Positions 45,789 to 57,077 of a DNA stretch of 64,000 nucleotides are shown here, in pieces. The DNA comes from Phyllosticta citribraziliensis (lineage: Eukaryota). The notes below the pieces were generated by a model that saw only the letters and a program-made list of their open reading frames with translations, did not search any database and was not told the origin of the DNA. The stretch is from positions 1,984,001 to 2,048,000 of the forward strand of contig NW_027117338.1 of the NCBI RefSeq assembly GCF_038025025.1. The letters run 5' to 3'. The first letter of the stretch is position 1. The number at the start of each line of letters is the position of its first letter. Both the position numbers and the translations under genes were made by a program.

Positions 45789-47918
45789 ATGGCGGACTCT
45801 CGCCAGCCTTCTTTCATTGGATCAGTCGCGTCGAGTACAAAGAGTCTTTACGTCCCAAGACTCGTCGACAGCTTCCTCTTGCAATCAAACTCAACATTCT
45901 CGGCACCAGCACCTGAGGTCTACCTCGCCCGTCCTCAGACCCCAAGTCGATCCCTTGAACAATCTCCCCCATATTTCAATCTCCAAAAGATCCCCAAAAG
46001 ACTCTACTGGGCCGTTGGATTAGCCCAACTGTTCCTCATATCATCAACCGTCGCGCTTGTTCTATTGGCCCAGAAAGCAGCGGCGCAGAGTCCCAAATCC
46101 ACTTCATTGATTGCTTGGTTCACAGTATCAAGCATCCTTACGATTGCTCTAGCTCTGACTGTTGGGATCATGTGGAACCAACGCAGAAAGAGACGTTGGA
46201 TGCAACGGAAACCCAGTATCCTGGGATTCGAAAAACAGAATCAGATCCAGCCCCAAGACACTGCGCGGAGCGGCCGCAAAAGGACGTTCTTCAATCGCCT
46301 CAAGAATTCTTCATCTCAAGTCGACGTCGCCAGGAACACGCCCATTTCCGAGACGGACCAACCTCCGAAGACTCCTCCATGTTCTCGACGCGCTCCAACA
46401 TCGCGTGGTAGCGTCTCGCCTGCCCGCACTATGGACAGTGATAGTAGCCTTGCTGGCGAAGGCTACGAGCTCCACTACATCCGATCAGCACTCTCATCGC
46501 CCTCTGAAGAGCTACAGCCCTCGCCAACCCGGTCGGTCGATACGCCCAAGCGGCCTACCCCCGTGAGACTTCCACCTCTTCGCACCGACCCGCACACCTT
46601 GAGGCATGGCTATAAATCATCGGTGTCTCTGGACAACAGCCAGTTGGAGTCTCGTTTTGGCCCCACCATCATCGACGACGACGGCGACGAGGTCCAGCGA
46701 ATGAACCCTCCACCTGCCAGTCCTGCTGGGTCCGACGGAGGCTACTCAGACGGGGAGCTCTATCCTCATAGCATCAAACCAGTGCCGCCGCTCCTCCTCC
46801 ACGAGCGTTCGTGGCTTGCCCTCTCGGCTCGCGAAGACGTCTCTCCGCTCGACAACCATCATTGCGGCTACAATTGCCCCTACAATTGCCACAACGGACG
46901 CCGAAACTACAGCCCTCCGTCCGGCCTCGGCTCGCCGAACGAAATTAACTCGCTCTACGCGCAGCTCTCAGCTGTCTTTGAGAACCCCAAACACCGCAAT
47001 CGCCACCGCAACCACAGACACGCCCATGCCTACGACCAGCCTGTTGCCCCTGAGCTGACGAGTCGCTTCAGCCCGGGTTCCACCAGCGCCAGCAGCAGCA
47101 GCGGTCCTGCGTCGCCTGCGTCTTCGAGCCCAACGTCCGATGAGCCCTCTGTGGCGGCGTCGTTGGACATGTTGTCGCCGATAGTGTACGGTGTGGATGT
47201 GGCGCGCGACGTCGAGGTGTTTTCGGCGCCACGGAGCATGATTTCGCTCGAAACGCTGCCGGTCCCCCCGCCGCAGTCGTCGTCCAAGGTCAATCTATCC
47301 GAGGCACGCGCGTCGCGGACGACTGCGGCGTCGGTGTCGGCGTCGCCGGCCTTGTCTCAGTCGCGGCCACACACTGCGCTGCACCTGTCTCTGTCATCCA
47401 GGAACAGGTTCGTCGACGCCGAGGAACAACAACGACCTGCTGCATGGGAGCGCAGTGGCAGGCCCAATGAAGTCGACGAAGCGGACAACCTTTTTGTTGG
47501 ATTGGCAAACTCGCCGCCGTCGTCGCCTTCCATGTGCTTGGAGACGACTGCCCAGACGGAAATCTATGGTGGCGGCGACTACCAAGAAGACGTCTGGCCC
47601 AGGCACACGTCCTCGGCGGTTGCATTGCCCCTCGCTGACCGTACCAACCCCTATTTCCCTGCTGCGAGTGCTGCGTCGCTTCCATCCTCAGCGCAGACTG
47701 CATTTGGCACGCCTTCCATCGGCGCACCTCTGGCGCGTCAGACGGCAGTGCCACAGCTCGGGCCGCCTTTCTCTCCTAGATCGACGACACCAGACAAGCG
47801 AGGGCGTGGTGGGATTTCCAAGACTCTGAGCGGGGTTGTGCAGGGTCTGAGTATGTGGAATAGGAGGAAAGTCGGTGGCAGCGCGAACGGCGAGAAGGGG
47901 AAAGCAGGATTCCTTTGA
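45789..47918 (+). CDS. Hypothetical protein with two N-terminal TM helices and a long Ser/Pro-rich disordered tail
   Basis: 709-codon ATG-initiated ORF. TM segments LYWAVGLAQLFLISSTVALVLLA and LIAWFTVSSILTIALALTVGIMW are followed by the basic stop-transfer RRKRR. Confidence 0.7.
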   Translation: MADSRQPSFIGSVASSTKSLYVPRLVDSFLLQSNSTFSAPAPEVYLARPQTPSRSLEQSPPYFNLQKIPKRLYWAVGLAQLFLISSTVALVLLAQKAAAQSPKSTSLIAWFTVSSILTIALALTVGIMWNQRRKRRWMQRKPSILGFEKQNQIQPQDTARSGRKRTFFNRLKNSSSQVDVARNTPISETDQPPKTPPCSRRAPTSRGSVSPARTMDSDSSLAGEGYELHYIRSALSSPSEELQPSPTRSVDTPKRPTPVRLPPLRTDPHTLRHGYKSSVSLDNSQLESRFGPTIIDDDGDEVQRMNPPPASPAGSDGGYSDGELYPHSIKPVPPLLLHERSWLALSAREDVSPLDNHHCGYNCPYNCHNGRRNYSPPSGLGSPNEINSLYAQLSAVFENPKHRNRHRNHRHAHAYDQPVAPELTSRFSPGSTSASSSSGPASPASSSPTSDEPSVAASLDMLSPIVYGVDVARDVEVFSAPRSMISLETLPVPPPQSSSKVNLSEARASRTTAASVSASPALSQSRPHTALHLSLSSRNRFVDAEEQQRPAAWERSGRPNEVDEADNLFVGLANSPPSSPSMCLETTAQTEIYGGGDYQEDVWPRHTSSAVALPLADRTNPYFPAASAASLPSSAQTAFGTPSIGAPLARQTAVPQLGPPFSPRSTTPDKRGRGGISKTLSGVVQGLSMWNRRKVGGSANGEKGKAGFL

Positions 47919-48171
47919 CAAATGCGTTTCGTAATGCTTCTATGAAGAGGGAGACTGCAGAGTATGGAAAGGGGAGCAGCGCTGTTTTGATGAACCTCGT
48001 TGTTTTGCTCGCGCACGAAAAGAAAAACCGCTCTATCCAACCTCTAAGAACTTCATCCAGTGCGAATGTCAGAAAGAGAAAAGGCCGCACATTGATTTGT
48101 GTTCTTCTCTCTTGAGCCGTCAGGTCTTGTTCGCATCACTGGCACGCAGTGTCCTTACTCATTTCACCACA

Positions 48172-49650
48172 TCACCGTCTACCCAAGTCAATGTCCAAGC
48201 ACTTGACACACCTCTTGTCACCATCAGGCTTTGCGCCATCCTCGATGCCAAAGAAAGGTTTAAATGCCACATCGACCACGTCCTCCATCAGTCCCCTGAC
48301 GAGGCCCTGCAACTCGTCGCCCGTCTGCCTGAAATCCGGAAACGCGTTGATCTCAAGCAGGAACGCGTCACCGCGCTCGTCGACCATGAAGTCGACGCCG
48401 AACAGCTCAAACGCCGACGGCAGCGGCTGGAAGTGGATCATCATGCCGCGCGCGGCGGCCTCGAACGCGGCGCCTGTGACGGCACAAATTTGCGAAAAGA
48501 CGGCATCCTTCCAACCCTTTGAAAGCTTCGCGACGTCGTCGGGAAGGTCCCAGTACGCACGTACCGAGCCCTCGCGGGCGTCGCTGCCCTGGATGCACGT
48601 GTTGGTGAGGTGCGCGCGCAGGTCCTGCTCGTCGGCGGCCCAGGGCGGGCTGTAAGGGGCGGCGGCGAAGAGAGCGAGCATGGGTCGGTAGACGAAGACT
48701 TTGAGCGCCCCGACTGCGAGAACGTAGGTGCGGATGTGGAATTTGCGGCCGTCGAAGGTCAGGGGCGGGTCGATGTAGGGCTGCGCGATGAAATGGCGCA
48801 GCTGCGACGTGATGATGTAGTCCTTTTGCTCCGTCTTGACGTCGATCTTGGAGAAGTCGGGGAACTTGCTGCCGTTGGTGGTCGCTGGGGAAAAGGGAGT
48901 GAGGGGTGTTGCTGTCGCGTCGCTGCGGGCGTCTGAGCTGTCGATGCCGTTTGCTTCGGCGCGGATCGTCACGTTGAGCTCGCCTTCTGACGGTCTCTTT
49001 TCGTGGGCTTCTTCCGTCTCCAAATCCGAATCCTCGTCAACTTCTGAGTCTGGTCGCTCTGCCTCCCACTCTTCGAAAATGGATTGCAATTCTTCTTCTG
49101 TGCTGAAGAGGCGGATTCCCTGGCCGCGATCGCTCATGCCTGGCTTCAAGATCCACCACTCGCGGTCCTTTGGCTCCTTGTCATCGTTTCGGGCGAAACT
49201 TTCGCGGAGGTCGAATGCCTCAACGAGCGCATCATCCAGGAACTCAGCGTAGTCGAGTTCGAAGTCAACGCTGGGCTTGACATGGGATTTGAGAAGGGAA
49301 TCTGGATGCTTTACGATCCAATTCGACACGGTGGTGGAAAGGTAGTGCTTTCTGATGAGAGCCTTTCTGATGACGTAGGCATTGATCATAGAGTTTGGCG
49401 AATCGACCGCCCTGTCAAAATCGATGGACTCATAGTCTCGGAATTGGAGCAGGGGCTTTGCCTCGCCAGCATGTTCGTCGAGAGATTTGATGAGCGTGTA
49501 TGAGTCTTTTGGTAGGCGCGAGGCTAGGGCATCGAGGATCAAGGGTTGAACATATTGGTCTTCGTAGTCCACAAGCGCAGAGATGGTCCGGTCTGATGCA
49601 GACATGTCGGTGTATGCGTAGGTGGCGCGGCTACCGGAAAGAGCTGGCAT
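48172..49650 (-). CDS. Tubulin-tyrosine ligase-like (ATP-grasp) protein, Pby1 TTL-domain type
   Basis: NAYVIRKALIRKHYL, WWILKPGMSDRGQGIRLF, QPYIDPPL...RKFHIRTYV, HLTNTC, FELFGVDF and LLEINAFPDF. Confidence 0.9.
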   Translation of the reverse strand: MPALSGSRATYAYTDMSASDRTISALVDYEDQYVQPLILDALASRLPKDSYTLIKSLDEHAGEAKPLLQFRDYESIDFDRAVDSPNSMINAYVIRKALIRKHYLSTTVSNWIVKHPDSLLKSHVKPSVDFELDYAEFLDDALVEAFDLRESFARNDDKEPKDREWWILKPGMSDRGQGIRLFSTEEELQSIFEEWEAERPDSEVDEDSDLETEEAHEKRPSEGELNVTIRAEANGIDSSDARSDATATPLTPFSPATTNGSKFPDFSKIDVKTEQKDYIITSQLRHFIAQPYIDPPLTFDGRKFHIRTYVLAVGALKVFVYRPMLALFAAAPYSPPWAADEQDLRAHLTNTCIQGSDAREGSVRAYWDLPDDVAKLSKGWKDAVFSQICAVTGAAFEAAARGMMIHFQPLPSAFELFGVDFMVDERGDAFLLEINAFPDFRQTGDELQGLVRGLMEDVVDVAFKPFFGIEDGAKPDGDKRCVKCLDIDLGRR

Positions 49651-51011
49651 GATTGCAGGTTAGGATTGCACAGCAAGTTGAAAATGATTCAAAGTGAAAG
49701 GTGAGTGGGCAGTTGCAGAGCTCGAAGCGGGACGAGGAAATTTTTGTGGCAACAAAATAGCCTTTTAACATGGATGGCAGGAAAACGTTGGCCGGCAAAG
49801 CACTGGGGAATTCGGGGAATATAACGAGTACAACTTGATGGAGTAACAAAACGGGGAAGAGCTACCGTGGACTGCCTTGTTTCAGCTTGGGTCGACGAGG
49901 TCAGATGTTGTCGAGGGCTGTGGATGGAGAAGTTGTTGGATCTTCCAAGTTCCGGGTCTGAGGTCCGCTAAAGGGCCGAGCGGCCCTCCCGCTGATCCAC
50001 TGCTGCACAAGCCTGCAAGGGACAGACAGACACCTCACCAACTCCACAACTTTTGCTTCTTTTGGCCAAGTTTGGCACCTTGCGCATGAAATGCGCTATC
50101 CGAAGCATGCACACGGCTCCAGTTTTTCGCCAGAATTTGTCTGCCCCCACGTCTGCAAGCTGCAAGGCTAAAAGCCGACGATGCTTGGCACGCCGGCGAT
50201 ATGGAGTTGACTGTGAGCCATGGGCACCTTGCGACCTAAAGCCCTGGAGATCAAACCGTCGAGGGAGAGATATCTTTCGATGAAGCGGCGCGAACCATTG
50301 GTGCCACGACCTCCTTTATTACCATCTTGAACGCCTTAACCTAGTCCTGGGATAACACTTTGAGCTTGTTTGATTTTGCCGCCTCTTCGAAGGCCGTTTT
50401 TTCTTCTTCTCTCGACCTCCTCGATGTGATGGTGACTTCAAAGGATGCATCGCAGTCATGGCCACCTACTCAATCTTGCGCATCCCGGATTTTAGAAATG
50501 ACTCTAGACCGCAACTCTGGCTGGCTTCCTTGGAGCTCACCCAGCTGTTACAAAGTCACTCGGGCATAAATCGGGACATTGGCGAATCAGAGAGATTCTT
50601 CGGCACCTTCCAGGCCCTTTGGCTTTTAACGGACCAGGCCTCGACTATAAAGAGCCAGAGCAGCTGCTCTCTTGGGCAAGATCTGCTGGCAGCCCTCACT
50701 GGCCTGCATATGCTCATCTCCAAGCTCCAAATGCACCAATCTTGCTCGATGACGTCCTGTGTCTCATGAGGCCGAGGCCTGACGATTGCCATGCTTGGAT
50801 CCCGATTCCCAGATTAGGAAGCTGCCATCCGTCTCGAAGACGCCAGATCATTTGAAAACAGAAGGTCCGGAACCATCCAACGCCTCCCCAAATAATGTGA
50901 GATTTGTCCCCCTTGCTGAATACGGCAGAAATGCCTTTTCGCATGCCAAATTGATCAGCTGTTTCCAAAACACAGTTCCAAGTGGTGCCAGATAAGCCAA
51001 ACTCCAAGGGG

Positions 51012-52367
51012 CTATTTTGACGGCTTCTTGGCGAAGAAAGAGCTGAGCTTCATCATGCCCGAGGTGTTTGTCTTGGCAAGGGCCTTCACTCCCCGGCTTT
51101 GGTTCTTCTTCTTTGAGTCCTCTTCTTCCTTCTTTCGTTTCTTCTCTGCCCGTGCTTCGGCTTCCTCCTCGTCTATCCCGCGCTTTCGACTGATGTTGTC
51201 TGACAGAGAGCGGAGCGCCAATGCCTCAGACCTCAATGATTCTAGGTGCTTGAGATGCTGGTCCAAGGGCTCAAAGTCAATGAGCTTGGATGACGATATG
51301 TTTGCTTTGATATGGCTTTGAAGGGTGGCAGGAAGGTATGACGTCGACATGAAATCGAGAGCCGTACGTAACCGCAGCAGCTGAGGAACACCTTCCGGCG
51401 CGGAGATAGGGAGTCTTGTGTCTGCGTTTGGCTTTGCTTCTTCAGGAGAGGCAGGTATCGATGTTTGCGTGGTCAAAGCGCTCGCTTCGGAAGCTGCAGT
51501 TGTTTGAGTGTCGAAGGTGGTGGTTTGACTGTCCTCGTTTTCCGGAGCTTCTCCATCAGCATCAGCATCAGCATCTTCAGCCACGATCACTGTGCTCTCT
51601 TCTCTTTTGATGCTCATGATGGGAACTTCAAGCGCTTGTCTGACAAACTTGTCTTCCATGGATGCCGGCAGTCCGCTGGCAACAATGCGCTCCGCTTTTG
51701 ATAGCAATTCTTTGGCGAGTTTGTCGCTCGACAACCTATACATCTTTTCCTCCCCGGCATCCGCCGTATCACATGCTGCTGCCAATCTGTCTTCCAAATG
51801 TGCCCTGAATTTTCCATTGCGAAGAAGAACTCGCAGGTGTAAAGATGGGCTCCCAAGAGCGTCCAAGTGATCCTCGACAGAGAGGAAAAACTTTTTCTCT
51901 GATTGCTTTCCGGAAGACCAAAGTGCTGGGAGCAGGAGGAAAAGCGCGTCGAGCGGAGTAGCTACAAATAGATCCGCGCTCTTTACTGCATACCCCTTGC
52001 TGAGAGAGTCTGCCGAATCCTGTTTGCCGTCTCCGGCTGCAGTGTTCTGTTCTGAAGCTTCTAGAAAAGGTTCAACATTTTCCCTTTCCGGACTCTGAGG
52101 AGCTAGCAGCCAGCTTCGTGGGCTAGTCTTTGGCGCGGCTATCCTGGTGAATTCAAAGAATCCTTGGTCTGGGCAGCAAAAGTACCGATTTTCCTGGGCT
52201 GTCGCCGGGTTCGGAAACGTGACGATTCGCGCATCGGGCGATGAATTCTGCGGTAGTATAAAAAGTTTGGGAGGGTTAGACACGCCGACCGGAAGAGTTG
52301 GCGCTGCAGGGGTTGCGTCGTCGACGTCTTGTTTGGGAGCCGATTGTTTTTTCGAGCGTGTTTTCAT
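51012..52367 (-). CDS. RNH202: Ribonuclease H2 subunit B (Ydr279/Rnh202 family)
   Basis: FEFTRIAAPKTSPRSWLL, LFVATPLDALFLLLP, EKMYRLS, and a C-terminal PIP-like GMMKLSSFF. Confidence 0.85.
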   Translation of the reverse strand: MKTRSKKQSAPKQDVDDATPAAPTLPVGVSNPPKLFILPQNSSPDARIVTFPNPATAQENRYFCCPDQGFFEFTRIAAPKTSPRSWLLAPQSPERENVEPFLEASEQNTAAGDGKQDSADSLSKGYAVKSADLFVATPLDALFLLLPALWSSGKQSEKKFFLSVEDHLDALGSPSLHLRVLLRNGKFRAHLEDRLAAACDTADAGEEKMYRLSSDKLAKELLSKAERIVASGLPASMEDKFVRQALEVPIMSIKREESTVIVAEDADADADGEAPENEDSQTTTFDTQTTAASEASALTTQTSIPASPEEAKPNADTRLPISAPEGVPQLLRLRTALDFMSTSYLPATLQSHIKANISSSKLIDFEPLDQHLKHLESLRSEALALRSLSDNISRKRGIDEEEAEARAEKKRKKEEEDSKKKNQSRGVKALAKTNTSGMMKLSSFFAKKPSK

Positions 52368-52717
52368 ATTGATAAGGGCGATCCAATGACCCAATCCCAA
52401 GATGGTGGAAGCAAGAGGCTGTTTGCGCTGAGCGGAGGGGTTGATGTGGTGGAGAGAGAAGACGTGAGGGACGCGTCGTAAATGAAGACGCGAGCGCGGC
52501 ACAGGACCCACCTAGCAATATCCCTGCCGTCCCTGGGCGCACCAGCGACACCCTTCCCTTAGCTACAGTGCACAAACAAAACACCGTCCTAACAACCACC
52601 CTCGCCCGAATCTACGAGACTTTGTGCACCGCCAACTTCGGACATGGTTTGCGACTCGCGCATGTTTACAGATTCGTTGGTGTTGACTGTGCTTCTCGAC
52701 AATCCAAACGTCGAGAG
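52368..52717. promoter_or_regulatory. Bidirectional promoter of RNH202/MCM10 with MCB-like elements
   Basis: ACGCGT at 52471-52476, ACGCGA at 52488-52493 and further CGCG cores nearby, between two divergent S-phase genes. Confidence 0.6.
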
Positions 52718-55476
52718 ATGATCGTTCGCGAATCCGCAATGTCGCATGGTAGTCGCCCACACTGAAGCGCCCTCTTTCCACACTCTAATTCGTACCAGTA
52801 CCCTCTAGAAACCAACCTGAGTGGCCACCGAGATCACCGCACCAGGCGCTCATGAGCTCCCCGAGCGGACGCAAGAAATGGCAGCAGCGTCAGCTCGAAC
52901 AAACTTCTCCCTCGCCCTCTCCGGCCAAGCGCGGCTCACGAGCGTCGCAGCTACTATCTGACGGCGTAGACATCGGCGACGATGAAGACGAAGACGAAGA
53001 GACGCTTCAGCTGAAGCTCCAGGCGATCGAGGCGCGGCTGAAGCTCAAAAAGCTGCAGGCGTCAAAATCCAAACAGCCGACCGAGCCGCAGACCGTACCA
53101 GACGACAAAAGATATGGCATGTTTAGTCCGAGCTCAAGGGCACGACGAGGGAACACCAGCGTACCGGCTCAATCCAATCGCACAGAGCCAGCGGTCCAAG
53201 TGCCGCTTTCGCCGACACCAGATCGCAGGGCTGCACCGAACGCTGTTTCGCCAGCAAAGCTGCTCGGCATCGACAAAGGGCTGCGGGCGCAAGACGTCTC
53301 CTTGAAGCGCCCAGCAATTCCCAAGTTCAACCCGAGCGCACCTAGGGCCGGTTCCGCGTCAGGTCATTTCCGGACGAGTTCGACGGCAAGCCAAAATTCC
53401 ACTCTGAACTTCCAGAAACCCAAGTCGTTTAGCGAGCGATTAGCAGAGAGTCGCTCCAAGTCGAACGAAAAACAGGCAAAAGATGAACGGATTGAGAAGG
53501 CGAGGACGCGTGGATTTGGTCTCAGCGCGGCTGAAATGGCTAGACAAGAATCGCGCCCGTCCTCACAACACTCAAACGAGAGTGTCACCCGTTCGTTTGA
53601 AAGCCGACCGAAATCCATTCTCAAGGATCCCACACGGGAATTCCAATCTCACGACACAAGAAACAACTCCTTTACTTCAACCACCAACGGCAGTAGACCT
53701 GCGTCGCGTCAAGCACCTCCCCAAAAGACCACTGCTTCAAAAACAAAGGAACGACCAAAATCTTTCTCTGGTTTTAGCGAGAAAAAGTCTGCCCCTGAAG
53801 AGAATGACGCAGCAAAAGAGAAGGAATGCTTCGAGACCTTTTCCGGATTCCATCTTTCCCGGCGCCAAATCTCTCACAACATCCTCGCACGAGCATTTGA
53901 CAAAAAGGAAATTTTTCCGCTTCCCCGCCTACTCTCCACCGTAAAGTCCCCCGATTACGAGCCCCCAGATGTGGAAGCAGACTTCGTCGTTCTAGGAATA
54001 ATTTCATCGAAAACTACGCCTCGAGACACACGCAACGCCCAAAGGACAGCTTCTGGAGCAGAACCTGAAGAAAGTGGACCCAACCGATCCAAGTTCATGA
54101 TTTTGCGTCTTACGGACTTTAAGTGGGAAGTTGACTTGTTTCTATTCGAGGAAGCCTTTTCCCGTTTCTGGAAGCTCACGCCTGGCACTGTCATTGCAAT
54201 CTTGAACCCGGGGATCATGCCTCCTCGTGACAAGGCCAATGGCCACTTCTCGCTCAAGATGAACTCAACTGACGACACAATCCTCGAGCTTGGCACTGCC
54301 CGAGACCTCGGGTTTTGCAAAAGCATCAAGGCCGATGGCCAACAGTGCAGCCACTGGATTGATCAGCGAAAAACGGAATACTGCGACTTTCACGTTTACT
54401 TACAGCTTGAGAAGACGAAGAGCGGTCGAATGGAAGTCAACACTATGACAGGCTTCGGTAAGGGTCCTCGCTCATCCCGCTTCGAGCCATCCAAGAAATA
54501 CGACTCTGGCCAAGGCAAAAGATATGACAAGTATCTCAAAGAGACAATGTACATCGTGCCCGACGGCCGCAGTACAGCCGACAAACTCGACCACGACGAG
54601 GATGCTTGGAATCGGGGCATGAGCCGCGAAGAGCTTCACCGTAAGCGCCTCGAGGAAAAGGAGCGAGAGCGCGAGCTTGCTGAGAAGCTTGGAAAGATGG
54701 GAAACAAGGTCGGCAGTGAATACATGCGTGTAAGAGGCGCGACCTCTGCGGCCAGCAATCACGAAGGCAGTCAAAGCAGACCCCGGCCAAGCTCGGCCAC
54801 AAGCACCACGTTGACGACACAGCAAAGTGCAGCAGCAGCACAAACCCGACCCCGGAGTCGTACAAACACGCCCTTCGATGATCCCTTCGTCACTGCCGGC
54901 GCAGAGCACCGTGACGGCCCTCCACCTCCTGATGCTGCTGCCCTTGGACTGCTGGGAAAACGTGCTGCAGACGTCTCTCTTGCTCCCGTCAAGCGCAAAC
55001 GCGCTGCTGGTGCCACCGCATCTGCGAGGTCTGGTTCTGCTGGCACTTCCACGCAAAGGTCGGAGCCGATGGGCTGGGGAGGAGCAAACAAACGCGGGCT
55101 TTTACTCAGTCCATCCAAAATGCGTCCGGCTGGTGATGACGGCGGTAGCAGACGTGTAGACGAGATGCTCGCCTTGCGGCAGGGGAGCAGCAAAGGCAAT
55201 GCCCCCGGTGGTGCCGTTGCAGCGCAGGCGACCAACGGCAGCACTGCTGCTTCTGGCGACAAGGAAAAGCCCGCTCTGAGGATCGCGACCGACGAAGCTT
55301 CTGTGTCTAGTTTCGATAGCCAGAGTCAGAGCCCGGTCAAGAAGAAGGCGCGGCTGGTGATCGAAGGCAAAGGCATCCGGGAGCCGGGCCGCGATAGCCT
55401 GGGAGTGGCTGCGGGCAAGAGGTTATTGTCCGCTGCAGGAGACACAGATGACGATGACGACTTGGAGATTATTTGA
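52718..55476 (+). CDS. MCM10: DNA replication factor Mcm10 (Cdc23); probable exon 1 52718-52748, intron 52749-52798
   Basis: WPPRSPHQAL N-terminal motif and coiled coil, an OB-fold (DFVVLGIISSK...KFMILRLTDFK...GTVIAILNP) and a CCCH zinc finger CKSIKADGQQCSHWIDQRKTEYCDFH. Confidence 0.88.
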
Positions 55477-56617
55477 AGCGATACCGTGTGCTGTCTCAGT
55501 TGGATTTGTCGGCCTTGTTTGGAACTGCTGCCGGCGAGCGAGCACTACTTGGATTTTACGCGGCTGTTCAAGAAAGAAAGCAAATCGCGGTCATCTTGAC
55601 TGCAGACCAAAGGCGGAGCTAGGGCGAGTCTACGTCGGTCGGCCGGTCTTGCTTGACGAACTCCCTCCTCGCAGTCGCCCGTCCAAGGTGGTTGGTATAA
55701 GTGGTGGTATCAAAGTGGGCCGGTATGTACTTGTACAGGCGCCAGTCATGTTTCTGTTTCCTCTATTTTCGGTCCAGCCAGCAGTCCAAAACTCTTTCTT
55801 TTCTCCAATCTTCTTCTCAATCTTGTTGTTCCATCACGCAGCATGCATTTTTACAACTTATGGCTCTCCTTATCCACCTTTTCTCCTTCTTCCCTCGTCA
55901 TCGATGCCATCCCCTAGTCTCTCCTCGCCCGCCTCTTTGTACGATATGATATCCCGCGCTTCTGGTTCATGGTTCGACGATAAGACAAACGCAACGCAAA
56001 CGCAAGAGTATCTTATTTGTCTAGTTTCACAGTTTAGTCTTGTTGTCTGTTTATTGTCCTCGCCTGTTTGCTGCGCAAGGCGGAGAAGAGAGAAAAAAGA
56101 AGATTCGCAGAACACACAAAGTAAAGCGCAACAAAGCAACTTAATTAGCAGCACCATCAATAGCAATAGCAACATACTTTTCAACTATCCACTCTCCAGG
56201 TGGACACGCACTTGTTGTCGTCGACAGTAACAATTACCACTGAGCCACGGAAGTGGCCCTGAATGTTCACTCCTTTCTTTCTGAAGGAGCAAAGTCACTC
56301 ACTAGACCGCTTTTCACTTTGTCTCAAATAATAGCCCGCTGTCATAGCAAAACGAGAGGCGTCAAAGGGCGCAAACAAGTCGGAAGGACATGCCCGTCTT
56401 GGCAGCATAAGTGGGGCGCACCGATGCGTTGTGGGTTGCGAGTGCACGCAAAGGGAAGGAAGCTATGGCCACGCGCTGCTCCGCGCCCATACGCCCTGGG
56501 ATCTGGCCTAATTTTGACATCTGGCATCCTCCATGGACTACTCATGACTTAAGGAGCTTGTGAAGCCTCGCGCAGGCGGGCGCTGCAGCGACGCAGCTTT
56601 GAGCTGCCCAAGCAGAC

Positions 56618-56919
56618 CGATAAACAGATGGGCGACGGTAAAGGAGGATCATTGGTATCTTATCATTCTCTTCATCGTCATCATCCCACTTTTCGCAAGT
56701 GTTCTGCATCCTGCCGAGACCGCTGCCCCTCCCTCCGCAAACAGACCCCGATGTTGGTTTGCTCATCAGTCATGTTTATCAACGGCATGACCTGACCGAT
56801 GGAAGACTAAGGCGCCCGCGGCGGGGGCTTGCGCTCTTTGCCCGGCCGGGCACTTATCAACGACACGACCCGCGCAGCCACGTCAGAGCGTCGCGATTAA
56901 TTACTGGAGAGTATAAAAG
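56618..56919 (+). promoter_or_regulatory. Amidase promoter: four HGATAR sites, a 14-bp palindrome, a CreA-like site and a TATA box
   Basis: CGATAA at 56618; TTATCA at 56660, 56776 and 56854; GCGGGG at 56821; TGCCCGGCCGGGCA at 56839-56852; TATAAAA at 56913. Confidence 0.5.
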
Positions 56920-57077
56920 AGATGTAATCTGCAGATCAAACTAGTTGGACCCTGAGCCTCTCTTCTCTCTTCGCCTATCCAGCGTCTAGTCTTCTCTCAC
57001 AGCAGAGAAATAGACCCGCTGCGCATCGGTATCCAGCTTTGCTTCCGCTTTTAGCACGACTATCAGTACCCTCCACT

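Noticed and set aside
50050..51007. Short ORFs between the TTL gene and RNH202 as a gene or SurE exon
   Set aside because: No recognisable motif, frames broken on both strands, and no consistent splice path.
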